Assembly: GCA_965202585.1 (NCBI GenBank)
Contig: OZ241833.1
Span: 44,206,001-44,270,000, forward strand
DNA: 64,000 nt
Source of the DNA: Thalia democratica
Lineage: Eukaryota
Reading direction: 5' to 3'
The stretch's first letter is position 1, and each line of letters opens with the position of its first letter. The notes under the pieces are model-generated. The model saw only the letters and a program-made list of their open reading frames with translations, had not been told where the DNA came from and did no database searches. The translations under genes were made by a program, and so were the position numbers. Shown here in pieces: positions 13,580-47,886 of this stretch.

Positions 13580-14475
13580 GTGTGGCTAAAGGAAAATGAG
13601 AGAATCAAATGATAGATCAAGTTATCTACAGTCCAAAGTCCAGGAAAATGAGAGAATCAAATGAGAGATCGCGTGATTATTGGAAATTCTAGAAAAAGAA
13701 TCGAAAAACTATAAATACGCCCAATCAGAGCGTGAAGCAGGTCATTTACCTCGAAACAAGCACGAAGCGACACTCTGCTGCTCGCAAATTTGAGCGTTAG
13801 CCGCCATCTTGGAAAAGCTAGCTAATTTTTGGAAAAACCTTCTCTTGGCGCTCTGAACATAAGTCGCCATCTTGGAATAGCTAGATGACACCCGAGAAAA
13901 CCTTCTTATTCAACAACGTCGACGGGGCGAACAACTCGATTTGAGTTGTTAACGTGCCATACTCATAAGCCTACGCATACTGTAGCAGACAACTTCTTTG
14001 GATCAATTTGAACACTGAATTCCACGATTGAGTCCTCAGCGTTCAAGGAAACAAACTTGAACATTTATCTTATCGAGCAAGCCCACACAGACTGTGGCGT
14101 CAACCTTAGCTACACTTCTACGAACAAGTTGTTTTCGTACTTTTAAATAATTCTGTCGTAATATTTATACTATCGTATCTATTTACTATTGTACTTGTAT
14201 TGTAATATTTATACATATTTATATCATCGTGCCTATTTATATTGTATTTTATCGCCACGCTCCGTTCACGGAAAGGAAACGAAAGAAGATCAAGCCACGT
14301 TCATCAAGATTCTGTAAACGAGACGGACCAACGTCGAGTGCCAGAAACTGAGCGAACGGAGACCAGTGACACGTCAAGGAGGGAATCCAGAGCACGTTTT
14401 CCTTCTAATTGTTTACTTTAAGTGTTTAGACTTATTGTGAGCTGTCATTGCGTATTTGTACATAATAAACCAACA
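13580..14475 (+). mobile_element. LTR-like or promoter-like GC-richer island, probably retroelement-derived
   Basis: Direct repeats GGAAAATGAGAGAATCAAATGA x2 and CGCCATCTTGGAA x2, TATAAATA 13710-13717, AATAAA followed by a CAACA end at 14475. No second LTR, PBS or convincing TSD found. Confidence 0.35.
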
Positions 14476-14516
14476 TTATTTAGTTTCATTATATTTAGTT
14501 AAATAATTATATAATT

Positions 14517-14735
14517 ATGTCCTTAAAACCCTTAAAAAAGGCATTAGTCCTGAAGGCACCCAGGACTCGGTCCAGAACCGAAATAAGTTGTTCCGAGACT
14601 ACTGCTAACCTGGAATCCGATGAGATTGTTGAGACTGAAACCGAGGCAGTTTCGAAGGAAAACAGTGAGGCTCCTAGTCTGGGTAACAATAAGCCTAACC
14701 TACAAAATTTACACCATCTCTTAAACTTAGTTTGA
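14517..14735 (+). CDS. Short ORF (72 aa, basic then acidic) just downstream of the LTR-like island; possible truncated retroelement ORF
   Basis: ATG-initiated and GC-richer than its flanks; no recognisable domain. Confidence 0.2.
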   Translation: MSLKPLKKALVLKAPRTRSRTEISCSETTANLESDEIVETETEAVSKENSEAPSLGNNKPNLQNLHHLLNLV

Positions 14736-15045
14736 GTTTTAATTACTAAGATAACAACTTACTAAAAAAGTTCGAAATAAAAGAATATAATTAAGTTTAA
14801 ACAGTTTAAGCCTGTCATTTTAAATGTTTATTTTTAATATGTTTTAGTAAAAATAATTAAAAAGTCACATCGACTTTCATGTAAAACAAAAAAATTTAAA
14901 AGGCATGCTAGAACACACATAATACAACAAATTACTTCGAAGAAAAACGATAGAATGAGCTTGTAAGGCATAAGCTTATTATAACAAAATGTATGTTAGT
15001 ATTTAAACACAAAGCTTGTTAAGAATTTTGTAACAAGATGGAAAT
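14735..15045 (+). repeat. Dispersed repeat, diverged copy of 1700-2010
   Basis: See 1700-2010. Confidence 0.55.
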
Positions 15046-16514
15046 TTAGAAGAATCTTCATATATTCATAGTAAATAAAATTTTGAATTTTAAAGGTTAG
15101 TTAAATAGATTTAATAAACTGAGTTGTTCGAAATTAAGCACTTTATAGTTTATTATAATAGCTGATAAAAAGTATTTTTTTTTTAAATTTTATAAGACTA
15201 AATGCACAATTTTTCTTAATTGGTTAAAAAAACTTTTCAACAACTATTTGAAGAATAATTTGCCAGTTTAAGTTAAGGTTTAAAAAAAAAAAGTGTTCGA
15301 ACGTTTTTACACTATCTTTTGTTTTCAAAATCTTTTTATTTGTACATGTAAAAGTGTACTATTTTTCTTGTTTATAAAATTTTTATTTAGATCTTTTAAA
15401 ATCAGGGTTTTTTTTTTAATTAAATAAAAGTTTTGAAATATTTGTACTATTTATCCCTTGTGCTGCCATTGAGTAAAAAATAACTAAAAGTCATTATTAC
15501 CATTTCTACTTCGCGCCATTCAGGGAAACTTTGCTAATTTGTAACAACTATCAAAACTTTCAAATCCATGACTGTGTTGAGCTTGTTTAAATGTAATGAT
15601 GACTAATTAGTAAATTAGTGGAAGTATGTATTTATGACAAAACTTTCATAGTTTACTTATACTTAACTAATTTTTGACAAAATTAGTATATTGTTGTGAT
15701 TTTATTGTGTGACAAATATCAGTAACAACAAATATTTTGAAAACATTAAGTTATTACTTAAATTGCAGATAAAGACAAAAAAAAGTTTGTTTGGGTAAGA
15801 GCAATTTTTTTTGATACTAGTCTTATTTATATTCAAGTTACATTTGTATTTTACATACGTTGTAACTTTTTATCTTCTGTATTTTATCAGCTGCATTTTA
15901 CTGTAAATCAAATATTTATTTGCTTTCAATAGTATGTCAACAAAATGTTTTTAAAAGAAGTATATTGTAAAGTTTTAATAAAAATTTTGTGAAACTATAA
16001 GCTGTATAAATTCTAGTATGTATTTGTTTAGCTGTGATAAAAATTAAATTTTGCTTTTAATAGAAAAAACCAAAAAATGTTTTGCTATTTTAAGTACTTT
16101 TGCATTGAGTCCTTTAAATTAAAGTTGTGTAACATTTTCTATTTCTTTTGTGTATTGTTAATTTTTTTTCTAACAGTAATGGTTTAAACCTTTATAAAAT
16201 AATGTCTATTAACCCCAGTTGTCTGGATTTAAAAAAGGGTGCTTACCTTTCAAATATATTACAAGATTAATTCATTTTAAAAAACTTATAAAAAAATTAT
16301 TTAGAAACTTTTATTTTATTTTTGTTAGGTGAGCTCAAACAAGTTTAAAAGCAAATGGTGTACAGATACACGACCAAAAGGTCTTTCTCCACACCAATCC
16401 ATTGACTATAGTTGTGTACAACTTTTCTTTCACCTTTTCTTTTTATATGCAATTTTCTCAGAGATAAATTTTAGAAAATAAAATTTTTATTTTACATTTT
16501 ATTCCAACATAATT

Positions 16515-16788
16515 TTTTAAATATTGCAAGGAACGTTTCCTAAAAAATTGAGGTAGTTATTGCAAAATACTTAAGAGATAGATATTTTGTGGTTTCTAGT
16601 TATTTGCCGTTTTAGTTTGCACTTCTCATAAGGAACCTGTTGTTGCCTCTGACTTTGACAGACTATATCTCAAAAAGTATTTGAATTTTTTAAATCTGTA
16701 TAAAGCATCTTGTAGCTTAGTAAAAACTTAATAAATTAAGATCAAATTGTGAAAAAAGTGTTTTACCCCTTTCCCCCCTTGCCCTTAA
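16515..16788 (+). mobile_element. Right arm of a TTAA-flanked foldback DNA element (Kolobok-like)
   Basis: Homologous to 17190-17320 and 20320-20586; ends GTGTTTTACCC...GCCC-TTAA. Confidence 0.6.
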
Positions 16789-17048
16789 ATATTTACTTGC
16801 ATTTATTTTAAAATAAAAAACTGTTATATCAATACAATGATTTATATTAAATATAATGTTGTATAATAAAATTGATTAAATATTTTAGATTATAATAAAT
16901 TAGTTCATTTAAAATAAAAAATATTAGGCTTAAAACATTTATTTTTACCCTAATATTAGGGTTAAACAACACATCAAGTATATTATGATTTCAGCTTGAT
17001 ATTGGTGCAACATCATCCTAGGTAATTAATTATTTAAAGTTCAATAAG

Positions 17049-17320
17049 TTAAGCGCATAGGCGGGGGTAAACACCAAAATTCAAAAGAATTAAAATTTTA
17101 TAACAAAAAAACAAAAAAAAAAACTTTTTTGGTTATTTTTTATATAAAATTATTATTTTTAAATTTTTTAAAACTTCTTTCTGACAGAAATTTCTAAATA
17201 TATCAAGGAACATTTCCTAAAAGTTTGAGGTAGTTATCTCAAAAAACATAGGAGATAAATTTTTAATGAAATAGTCTATTTTTGCTGTTTTAGTTTGTGC
17301 CTCCCATAAGGAACCTACTA
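17049..17320 (+). mobile_element. Truncated copy of the same TTAA-flanked family, including a left terminus
   Basis: TTAA-GCGCATAGGCGGGGGTAAACAC is the reverse complement of the family right end; internal GAGGTAGTTATCTCAAAAAACATA...TTAGTTTGTGCCTCCCATAAGGAACCT. Confidence 0.55.
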
Positions 17321-17634
17321 ATCTTAATAACTTAGTTTTTCTAAATATTACATTGTTTTGTTTATACAATTTTATGTTTAGGTATTCAATTTTATCATCA
17401 TTGATTGTCAAATTATTTTAGTTTTTTTTTGTTTTATCATAAACTGAAGCTAGTTCACGCTAGTTTTTACTACAAATAAAAACTAAAATGTTCTTAATAA
17501 AATATATTTGAAAGACTTCTTTTATTTGATATGGCCTGTTCTTCTTATAAGTCTATGAATTTTAGTTTTTAGTTGTTCTCACAAATACATTTTTTCCAAA
17601 AAGGTCTAAATAACACAGTCCACTCTTACATTTA

Positions 17635-19070
17635 CAGGGTTGCCACACACTCAGGGAACTCAGGGAATCTCAGGGAATTTTCAAACTGTAGAAAACCTCA
17701 GGGAAACTCAGGGAATTTTGGCATTTTTCTTTTAACTCAGGGAAACTCAGGGAAGTTTTGATTTTTTCTCTAAATTTCAGGGAAGTTTTTGAAAATCTCA
17801 GGGAATTTTTTTCTAGATCTAGAATGAGGTTTAGTTAATCCAGTTTCAATATTGTGTTCAAAAGTAGTAATTTTTATTATTTAAGTGGTTATTTAGAATT
17901 TTTTTAGCCTTGCGGCTAGTTCTTCAATATTCTTAGTATTAACATTGTAGATTTTTTAAGTTTTAAATTTATATTTACTTAAGTAAAATCTAACAGTTTA
18001 GAGAAATGAAAGTTGTTGTTAACTATTCATTGAAAAGTTCTAATAAACTTTTTATTTTTAGTTACTTATGTAGTTTAAAAAACACTATGTTGTACTATTA
18101 GTTCTTATTTTTTAAATAATAAAGTTATTTGTTATTTGTTTACATACTTGTTTTCAGTAAAAAAAAATAAAATGAATACAGATTAGTGTTGTTTTACTTT
18201 TGTTAAAAAAATAGAGGTTAAATTTTTGTTTATAAATAATAATTTCAAAAGTAGTAGCAGTAATGGTAATTAATTTTTTAGTGTGAATGTTTTAATAAAC
18301 TTTACAACTTTTTTGCAATGAAAGAATTATTAGCAAGAGGAATAGCTGCTAAGGACAACGCAAATAAACTTGAAAATAAAATTAAAACTATTGATTTAGA
18401 AATTGCATACTTAAAAAAACAGTATTAAGATTTATTTATTAGGTAATGTGAAATTGTTTTAAAATCAAAATTATGTTTTCAGTTATTTAAAATAGATTGT
18501 GTATGAACATCTAAAAGACTTAAAAAATAAAAATATTTTAGATTATTTTGTATCAGTTGTTAGGTATTAAGTTGTACTTTGATATGAGATATTTCTTTAG
18601 CTATTTCTTTAAACTTTCTTTTTGCAGGTTTTTTTACAATAATGTTAAGCTTTTAAGTTTTATTTACTGCATTCAGAACAGTTGCTAGGAAAGACATACA
18701 AGTCATAATGAAGTTATTATGTATGTCAATCAAATTAAACTTTATTCTTTTATGTAGAAAGTTAACTAACAAGTTTACACAAAGTTGTGCAAAAATTTAG
18801 TTTTTAATTTTTAATTGGTTTAAACCTTTTAAGATTGAGTTTTTGAAAACAGTTTTTTTCATAAATTTAATGCAGAAGCATACACATACAACCTTCCTTT
18901 TATTATTAAAGAAGAAAAATGAGAATGAGGTATTAATAATTTATGCTAGAAGAGAAAAAAAAAATTAAGATTTGAAAAATACTCAGGGAAACTCAGGGAA
19001 ATTTAAGGTTACTCAGGGAAATTTTTGGTTACTCAGGGAAGATTTTTTGGCTCAAAGAGTGGCAACCCTG
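17635..19070 (+). mobile_element. Non-autonomous hAT-like element (1436 bp) with 6-bp TSD and a C-terminal coding remnant
   Basis: Perfect 12-bp TIR CAGGGTTGCCAC/GTGGCAACCCTG, flanking CATTTA on both sides, many CTCAGGGAA subterminal repeats; coiled-coil-like remnant MKELLARGIAAKDNANKLENKIKTIDLEIAYLKKQY* at 18318-18428. Confidence 0.85.
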
Positions 19071-19984
19071 CATTTACAAATAATAAGTTTTTGAGCAGAT
19101 AAAATGAATAGTTTGTGTTGATATTTAAGTTTTATTTCAATGAAATATACCAAGAAAACTTATCTGTTAGATTGTATCTTATTTTTATAAATTTTATTGA
19201 AATTACTGAAGAAAATCATTAATAATTATTAGAGTTGTTTTATTTTGTTTATCATAATAATACAAAATAAATATCAATATTGTGTCATGTTTTGTAGACT
19301 TTTTATTGAAGAAGAGCTAGGGTGCAGTTTTGGTAATGCACTTAGGGTAATGAATGTTTGCATTTGTTCTAATATATGCTTTCTTTAAACCAATTCCTAG
19401 TTTTTTCTTGATCTATACCGTAGTTCTGATGTCATAAAGAAAGTTTTTTTTTAAATTAGAAACTGATTTTAGGCTAAAATACTGCATTATTTTTGTTTAT
19501 TTATAAAATTTTATTTAATGTTGTAAACCTTATAAAATTTACTTAGTTTCCAAAAAAAAAATTAATTTTAGACTTGTAAAATATTAGTATATTTTGTTGT
19601 TACATCATGACTACTGATGAAATAAGTTTAAAAATGAGTAATAGATTAAAAAGGTCCACCATAGGTGTTCAAGTTTTCACAACTATATATGCATTACCTT
19701 AATTAATATAGTGTTCAGAGTACAGAACTGTACTCTGAAGAGAAGTGTATATGATTTAAAATAAAAATCATGGCTACCATCTTATTACTGTACAAAAAAT
19801 AAAATTGGTCACCCATTGGGTGCTCAATTATTGAGCTCTGAAAATACAAATTTTAGTAATTCTTATCTATTGTTAATTACTGGGTTCCCACGTCCCTAAA
19901 AATCCCTATAAATTTGCATTATCCTGAAAAATTCCTTGGAATCCTTTGAAAAAGTTAAAAATTCATGATTATATTTTGTTGAGT

Positions 19985-20586
19985 TTAAGATAAGCTACTT
20001 AACAGATTTTAAATATTCAAAATGAATTTTGAGATATATCCCGTCAAAGTTGGAGACTACAATAAGTTCACATGGGAGGCACAAACTAATTAAATAAAAA
20101 AGGACTTTTTCACTTAGAATATATCTTCTACGTTTTTTGAGATAATCACCTTAAACTTTAAAGAAAACTTTCCTTGCAATATTTAAAAAATTCTGTCTTA
20201 ACAAAATTGAAAAAAAATATGAAATAAAGATTTTGTAACAAAAATAAACCAAAAAAACTTATTTTGATTTTTTGAAATAATTAAAATTTTTTTTAAAACT
20301 TTGCTATAACAGAATTTTTTAAATATTGCAAGTATCATTTCCTGAAAATTAGAGGTAATTATCTCAAAAAACATAAGAGAAAATATATTTTTAGTGAAAC
20401 AGTCCTTTTTTGCCTTTTTAGTTTGTGCCTTCATAAAATACCTACCTGTAGTTTTCAACTTTGACTGGCTATGTCTCAAAAATTATTTAGAATTTAAATC
20501 TGCCCAAGCAACTTTTAGCTTTGTTAACTCGACAAAATGAGATCAAGTTATGAACAAAAGTGTTTTTACCCTCTATATGCCCTTAA
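19985..20586. mobile_element. Foldback copy of the TTAA-flanked family (internal inverted arms)
   Basis: 20030-20190 is the approximate reverse complement of 20320-20480; right end GCCC-TTAA at 20579-20586. Confidence 0.65.
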
Positions 20587-22279
20587 TTGTTAGTGAAATT
20601 TTATTTTTCACATTTTATAATGCTAGAAACCAGAACGTTATTTTCAGCAAAGTTACTTAAGTTATATAAAGGTTTGAAAAATTAAATACAAACTAATTTA
20701 TGTGGTTATAAAATATTATTTATTCATTATTTATCTATACTAACTATGATGTCATAGAAAAAAAAAAAAACCAAGCTGTAAAAATCCATTGATTGAAATT
20801 TATTTTTATTTTTTATTGACTCATTTTAAATTGAAGTAAATAGCCATAATGTGTGTATACTATTTTTATAACTTACTATATTTGCAGTAACTTTAAAATG
20901 TTAAGGATCAAGCAAATTTCTTTTATGACATAATAAATGCTCAATATATTTTTTTTGAAATTCAAATGATTCAAGGTAATTGTTTAAAAAACTATATACA
21001 CATATTTTCATAACTTTATGTGCAGTAACTTGGCCAAAAATAAGGTTTTTAGTCAGGACTATGTATATTTTTTCCAAAACTGATTTTATTTTAATCAACC
21101 AACTACTTACTTTTAATCATTTAGAAACTGAGTCTGAGGTTTCTAACTAAAAAAAAAGAACATATATGTTTTTAATGTTTCAAGGAAAATTGATAATGGA
21201 ATAAATGTGGTTAGTACTTATGTATCAAGAACTTTTTACAAAAATAACTAAGATCTATTTTTCCTTCTATAAAAAGTGACTTAAAGTTAATACTTTGAAC
21301 TGATAGTAAAGTTCATTTTATATTGAAAAAAAGGTTGAACTTCCTATGGCCATATGTGCGTAAAGGAAGCTAACATATATGTTTATTTTAATGATAATTT
21401 TTTTATGTATTTATAGTTGAATTATCATTACAGTTTCAAAGTTGGTGATAAACAGAGTTTTTTTTGCGTGATAATAAATTAGTTTTTTGGAAAAAGTGAC
21501 AAAAATTCAGTACAAATGGTTTAAAATTCATAAATATCAGTTCAAAAGCTTAAAATGTTCAAAATGTTTAAAGTGGCTTATTAAATTTGTTTAAATTGGT
21601 TATTAAATGTGTGTTTTTATATTTTAAAAAAAAAGGAAGTTGACTTATTTAATTTTTTTTAAAGATTACTTTCATATATCAATCAAAAGTTATATATTTC
21701 AATAATGACACGACAATATATTTATTTTGGTTGCAGGATTATTAAAATTTGGACAATAAAAATTACTAAGAAAAACATCTAAGAGATCTCAAAAACTGAC
21801 ATTATTAAAAAAGTAAACCTTGTAGTTATTATTAATATCTACAAGCCATTTTTTGTTTTTGCAAATTTTTAAATATTCTTACTTATAAAAATATGGGAAT
21901 GATATGTTTTAAAATATAGTAACTTATAGTAATTTGAAAGAAATTAATAAATGTATAAATTAAAAAAAAATTGCTTATAGATACCAGTAATAGCTACATA
22001 TGTTTATTTTTTATTAATGTAACTTTTTCAGATAAAATAGTAATAAGGCGTACATAGGTATTTTTTATTAAAATATAATACTTTTTGATATATGGTCTCT
22101 TAAGTATTTATTTAAGAGTTTGAATTGTCAGAAATTTAAATGTCTAAATATGAATTGTTATGTAACCAATTACTTTATTGCTTCTTTTAAAATTTGGTAT
22201 ATGTATTAGTTTTTTTAGAAATTGAAATAAAATAAAATTTTTACAGTTTTAATTGTTCAATAGACTTTAAAAAATCAAA

Positions 22280-43782
<21,503 letters not shown>

Positions 43783-44491
43783 GGTTCAGGAAGCAGGAAT
43801 CCTGAATTTCTTGAAAATTTCAAAAATTTTTCTGGTATTACAGAAATCCTGTATATTTTTAAAGGATTTTAAGAATTCTGGAAAGTTTTCATGACTTTTG
43901 GAAGATTTTCAGGATTTTAAGAGAAAGTCCTTTTTTTTAGTTCAGGATTTCGAATTTTTTATCATGTTCAATATAATTGTGACGTCTTGTTGAGACTTAC
44001 GTTTTATAAAGTTTTATTTTTAATTTTTAGAAAAATAAAGGTTTTTGCTCTTTATGTTATTGTTAATGAAGTCACAAATACCGGTGCTCTTTTTCAGGTA
44101 TCTCTAAGTAAGTGTTAAATTAAAAATTTAATTTTAAATCTATAATGAAATATTCAGTATTTTGTCTGATTCAAAAATTGGGATTGTGCTATCGTATTTT
44201 ATTGTTGCGTTCTTGTTTTTTAATGTAAATAAATTATTGAGTTTTCAACCGCTTGGTTTTTATTTACTACAGTTTTCGTACTGGTAAATGAAAGTACAAA
44301 TTTTTGAACAAGTAGTATGAAAATTGGTAAAAATGAATAAATAAAAAGTAAATTATTTGCAAAGATGTAAAGAAACTAAAATATAGGGTTATAACAACCG
44401 CATTTAGATAAAGTCATCAGTTGTGAGTTTAAAAAGTAAAATTTATTGTTAATTGTTAGTTTTATTTAACGAAATCTGAAACGCTATTGTA

Positions 44492-44829
44492 CAGGGTGGC
44501 CGCTAAACCTGGAACCTTAAAAATACCTGGAAAATGAGAAATTAAAAATAAAGAATTTGGTACAAAAATCATTAATAAACCTTGAATTTTAAGCAATCTT
44601 ACATGAAAGTTTTGATTTGACACGAAAACTCTATCATATAGATAAAAATTTGTTTGTCATCATCAAAAATTTTTATTTTATTTAAAAACACATTTAAAGA
44701 AGCTTTACAATTTTTGTTTTCACTGTTGTTTAATATTAAACACAGTTTTTAAGTTTGAACTAAAAATAAACCCAAAAACGTGCACTTTCAAGAACCTGGA
44801 AGGTATTTTTCAAAATACAGTGGTCCCTG
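44492..44829 (+). mobile_element. MITE with CAGGG...CCCTG ends, family of 23299-23673
   Basis: CAGGGTGGCC start, GTGGTCCCTG end, internal homology to 23299-23673; TSD not evident. Confidence 0.6.
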
Positions 44830-46139
44830 TTATAGTTATTATCTAACAGTATTTCTTGATAGATCAATTTTACAAGTATTTTGTGGTGAGTGTTCAATTC
44901 TTTGTAATATGCCATAATTTCCATTTGGTTTTTTTCTAGGAATGTGTTAAAGTTTTAATAATTATTTTTCTTCTGGTGGCTTATCCTTTTTAATTAAATA
45001 TTAATTTAACCGTTTTTCAAAGTAAAAAATAAAATAATTTAAATTAAAAACAAAGAATGAAGATTAAATAAACATTTGATTTTAACTAATTAATTGATTA
45101 CTGGTTCACGACTAATAAGATTTTGGTTAATTATATATATTTTACAATAAACATAAGTTTTGTAAGGGTGATTACTTCTTATATATAAGGAAACTGCTAC
45201 TGATTGAATTTTTATGGCCAAATGTTGGTTTCAATCAGGGTTTTTTAATGGGGTTACCTGGTTCTAATACAACAGCTTTTAAGTTATTAGGTATTTTGAC
45301 TTAAATAAAAAATACGGTTAATCTATTTTGTGAGTAGCTTGATAAAAAAGTATTTGTAAAAAAGCAGTGTCCAAAAGCTATTATTTCTGTTTTGAAAAAG
45401 TTATCAACTTTGTTTCATCATAGTAAAACTTTTCACCAATCCAAACATCAGTTGAAAACTTAAACAAAATAAAAGTTTTTGGGGGAGTCGATGTAACGCA
45501 AAAGTCACATATAAGATTATTATCTAGCTTTTTTTTTTAATATTTTGAATATAATTTTTATTAATTACATCGATAAAAACTACTTGGAAGAATCAGGTAC
45601 AGATGTTTGTCTGGAAGGCAAAAAAAAAACTGTATTTTGGTTTAGTCATACACCATTCCTTATCATATTATTAGAAGTAAGTCTAACTTATCCTTGGCGA
45701 GATAACCATAAGTATATTAAGACTGTTTTGTTTAAAAGCATTGCGCGCTTAGTAGTAGTTTTAAAAGGATTGTAAAGGGTACAGACAAATTAAAACAAAG
45801 CAAAGGAAAAATGGAACTAATGATTTTTTAAGCTAGTAAAACTGGATAAATCAGATAAAAACCAAATTTGTCAATGTTATTCTAAAAAAGTTTAGTTTGT
45901 AATGTTTACATTGTATTTTTAATTATTTTCACTAACAATGTTAAGACTTCAAAAGAAATATTCGAAACTTAAATACAGTTCTTCTCCTCTTGATTAACAC
46001 TTTAAAAAGCCTAAAATGCCTTTTCAACAGGAATTAACTGTAATATGTTCAATTCTAAACATATTACTAAATTGTCATTTAAGTTATTTACTAAAAAATA
46101 TCGATCGTACTTTAGTGAAGCTGCATGCAAAAATTACAT

Positions 46140-46355
46140 TCCTTGCAAAAGTGTCACTACGTGCTTTATAAACGAACCGTGCTAAAGTGTCACTTCATGC
46201 AAAAGTGACGACCTGTACTAAAGTGACTCCGTGCTAAAGTGACTATCCGTTTTAAATTGTCGCTCCTTGTTAAAGTGTCACTACGTGCTAATAAACGACC
46301 CGTGCTAAAAAGTCACTATGTGCTGAAGTGTCGCTTGTTTTTGACACCCACCCGT
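46140..46355 (+). repeat. Subterminal GCTAAAGTGAC/GCAAAAGTGAC array of a non-autonomous element, ending GACACCCACCC
   Basis: About 10 copies of the motif; reverse-complement end GGGTGGGTGTCACTTTTGCA recurs near 56348. Confidence 0.6.
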
Positions 46356-47489
46356 TGTATTAACTACCAATTCTTTCTTAATATCTTATTTTTTATTTCT
46401 TAAATTTAAATTTATACTCCTGTTTTCTTAGTTTAATCATACTTGATGTTTGCTGATTACCAAGAAAACCAAGAAAATTTATGCTTGTTGATTAAACTTT
46501 GAGCTGCGTATATAAACAAGCGCTACGTAATATTAGCTTGATAAAATGGTAATAAAACACTAAGAGGTCAAAATCTGACGTGTCATAGTCAGAACTTTAC
46601 AATTTATTACTAGTTGAATTTAGTAAGCAGAAAACTTATATAAAAAAACAGTCGTTCACCATTTAGACTGGTTATCAAAGAGCTTGTAACTATTATCATT
46701 AACTTTAAACTGAAAGCGTCTAAGCTAATTTCAATCATTCATTTGTAACAGCATATCTTAAAATAGAAGGTTCAACAAACCAGAAAAGCCTGGAGATAGA
46801 ATTTTAAGTTTTTAATCAGTTCATGAATATGTCAAACAAATGCCTTAAAATGAACTACATACAAACTTAACTGAAATTGCCACAAATGGTTGCTCTGTTA
46901 AATAAACTAAACTTTTATTAACTTCCTATGTGTATTTAATGCTTACTGTGATTCGCACATAAACTCGAGTATTAAACAATAGAATATAAAAGATCTTGTC
47001 TTACAACATTAACATAAATAATGTTTGAATCAATAAACCATCAGAGTTAAAACTTTATATGTTACTTGTACTCTGATTTCAATTTCTAATTATGTTTATC
47101 ATTTAATTTTGTTTTACACATTTAACATTGTGTTAATTACACACAATGCTATTAAATTAATGATTATATAATTCAGTGATTTTCATAAGTCATTTTAAGC
47201 CTAAAAATCTATTATTTCAGAAGCTAAAATACTAAATAAATAAACAGTTCACAAAACAATTTTTTTATTCAATAGTGGAATTAAGTTAATATCATAAAAA
47301 ACGAAGTAAAACGACATTCAAACACAAAGTTTAAACTAACAAAATGCTGATTTTTAATAACTAAGCACTTTAACTAGATAAACAGCTTAAAACAAAACAA
47401 GTAGAAATATACAAAGGCGCTATTGTAATTTTTACAAAAATATTTGTTTTATAGTCAGCTGTTTTACAAAGTAGCATTTGAAAAGCTTT

Positions 47490-47864
47490 TTAGATTTGGT
47501 GATTCAAATAATTTCCAACCATGGCGCAAAGAAAAATTACAAAAATAATACCATTCACAAAGTCTAACAAACAACCGACCATAAATCCAATAAGTAAACA
47601 TGCAAACGTCCACAACATAATACCCGGAATTATTTTATATTTAATTTTGGCGAAATCATCAATCATGTCATTTCTTACCCAAGAAACCCAAGCAAGAAAG
47701 CAGTCATAAAGAAATTTATTACAGTCGAAAAGAATTTTAACATCAACCTTTGTCTTGTCAGCATGTCCACTCACTACTTCAAAAAGTGAAGGCTTTTTCG
47801 CTCGCTTCGCTTCTTCAATTTCGTGCTTGACAGGATTGGAGTAAGTGGCAACTGCTGCTGACAT
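47490..47864 (-). CDS. ORF3: 124-aa protein with two C-terminal hydrophobic helices, in the terminal exon of the minus-strand unit
   Basis: ATG-TAA ORF with coding-like composition; IIPGIMLWTFACLLIGFMVGCLL and GIIFVIFLCAMVGNY are hydrophobic. No family recognised. Confidence 0.6.
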   Translation of the reverse strand: MSAAVATYSNPVKHEIEEAKRAKKPSLFEVVSGHADKTKVDVKILFDCNKFLYDCFLAWVSWVRNDMIDDFAKIKYKIIPGIMLWTFACLLIGFMVGCLLDFVNGIIFVIFLCAMVGNYLNHQI

Positions 47865-47886
47865 GTAGATTGTTGGCCTGTTGGCT

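Noticed and set aside
13728-13737. GAGCGTGAAG, matching U3 snoRNA box B
   Set aside because: No U3 box A, C', C or D context around it.
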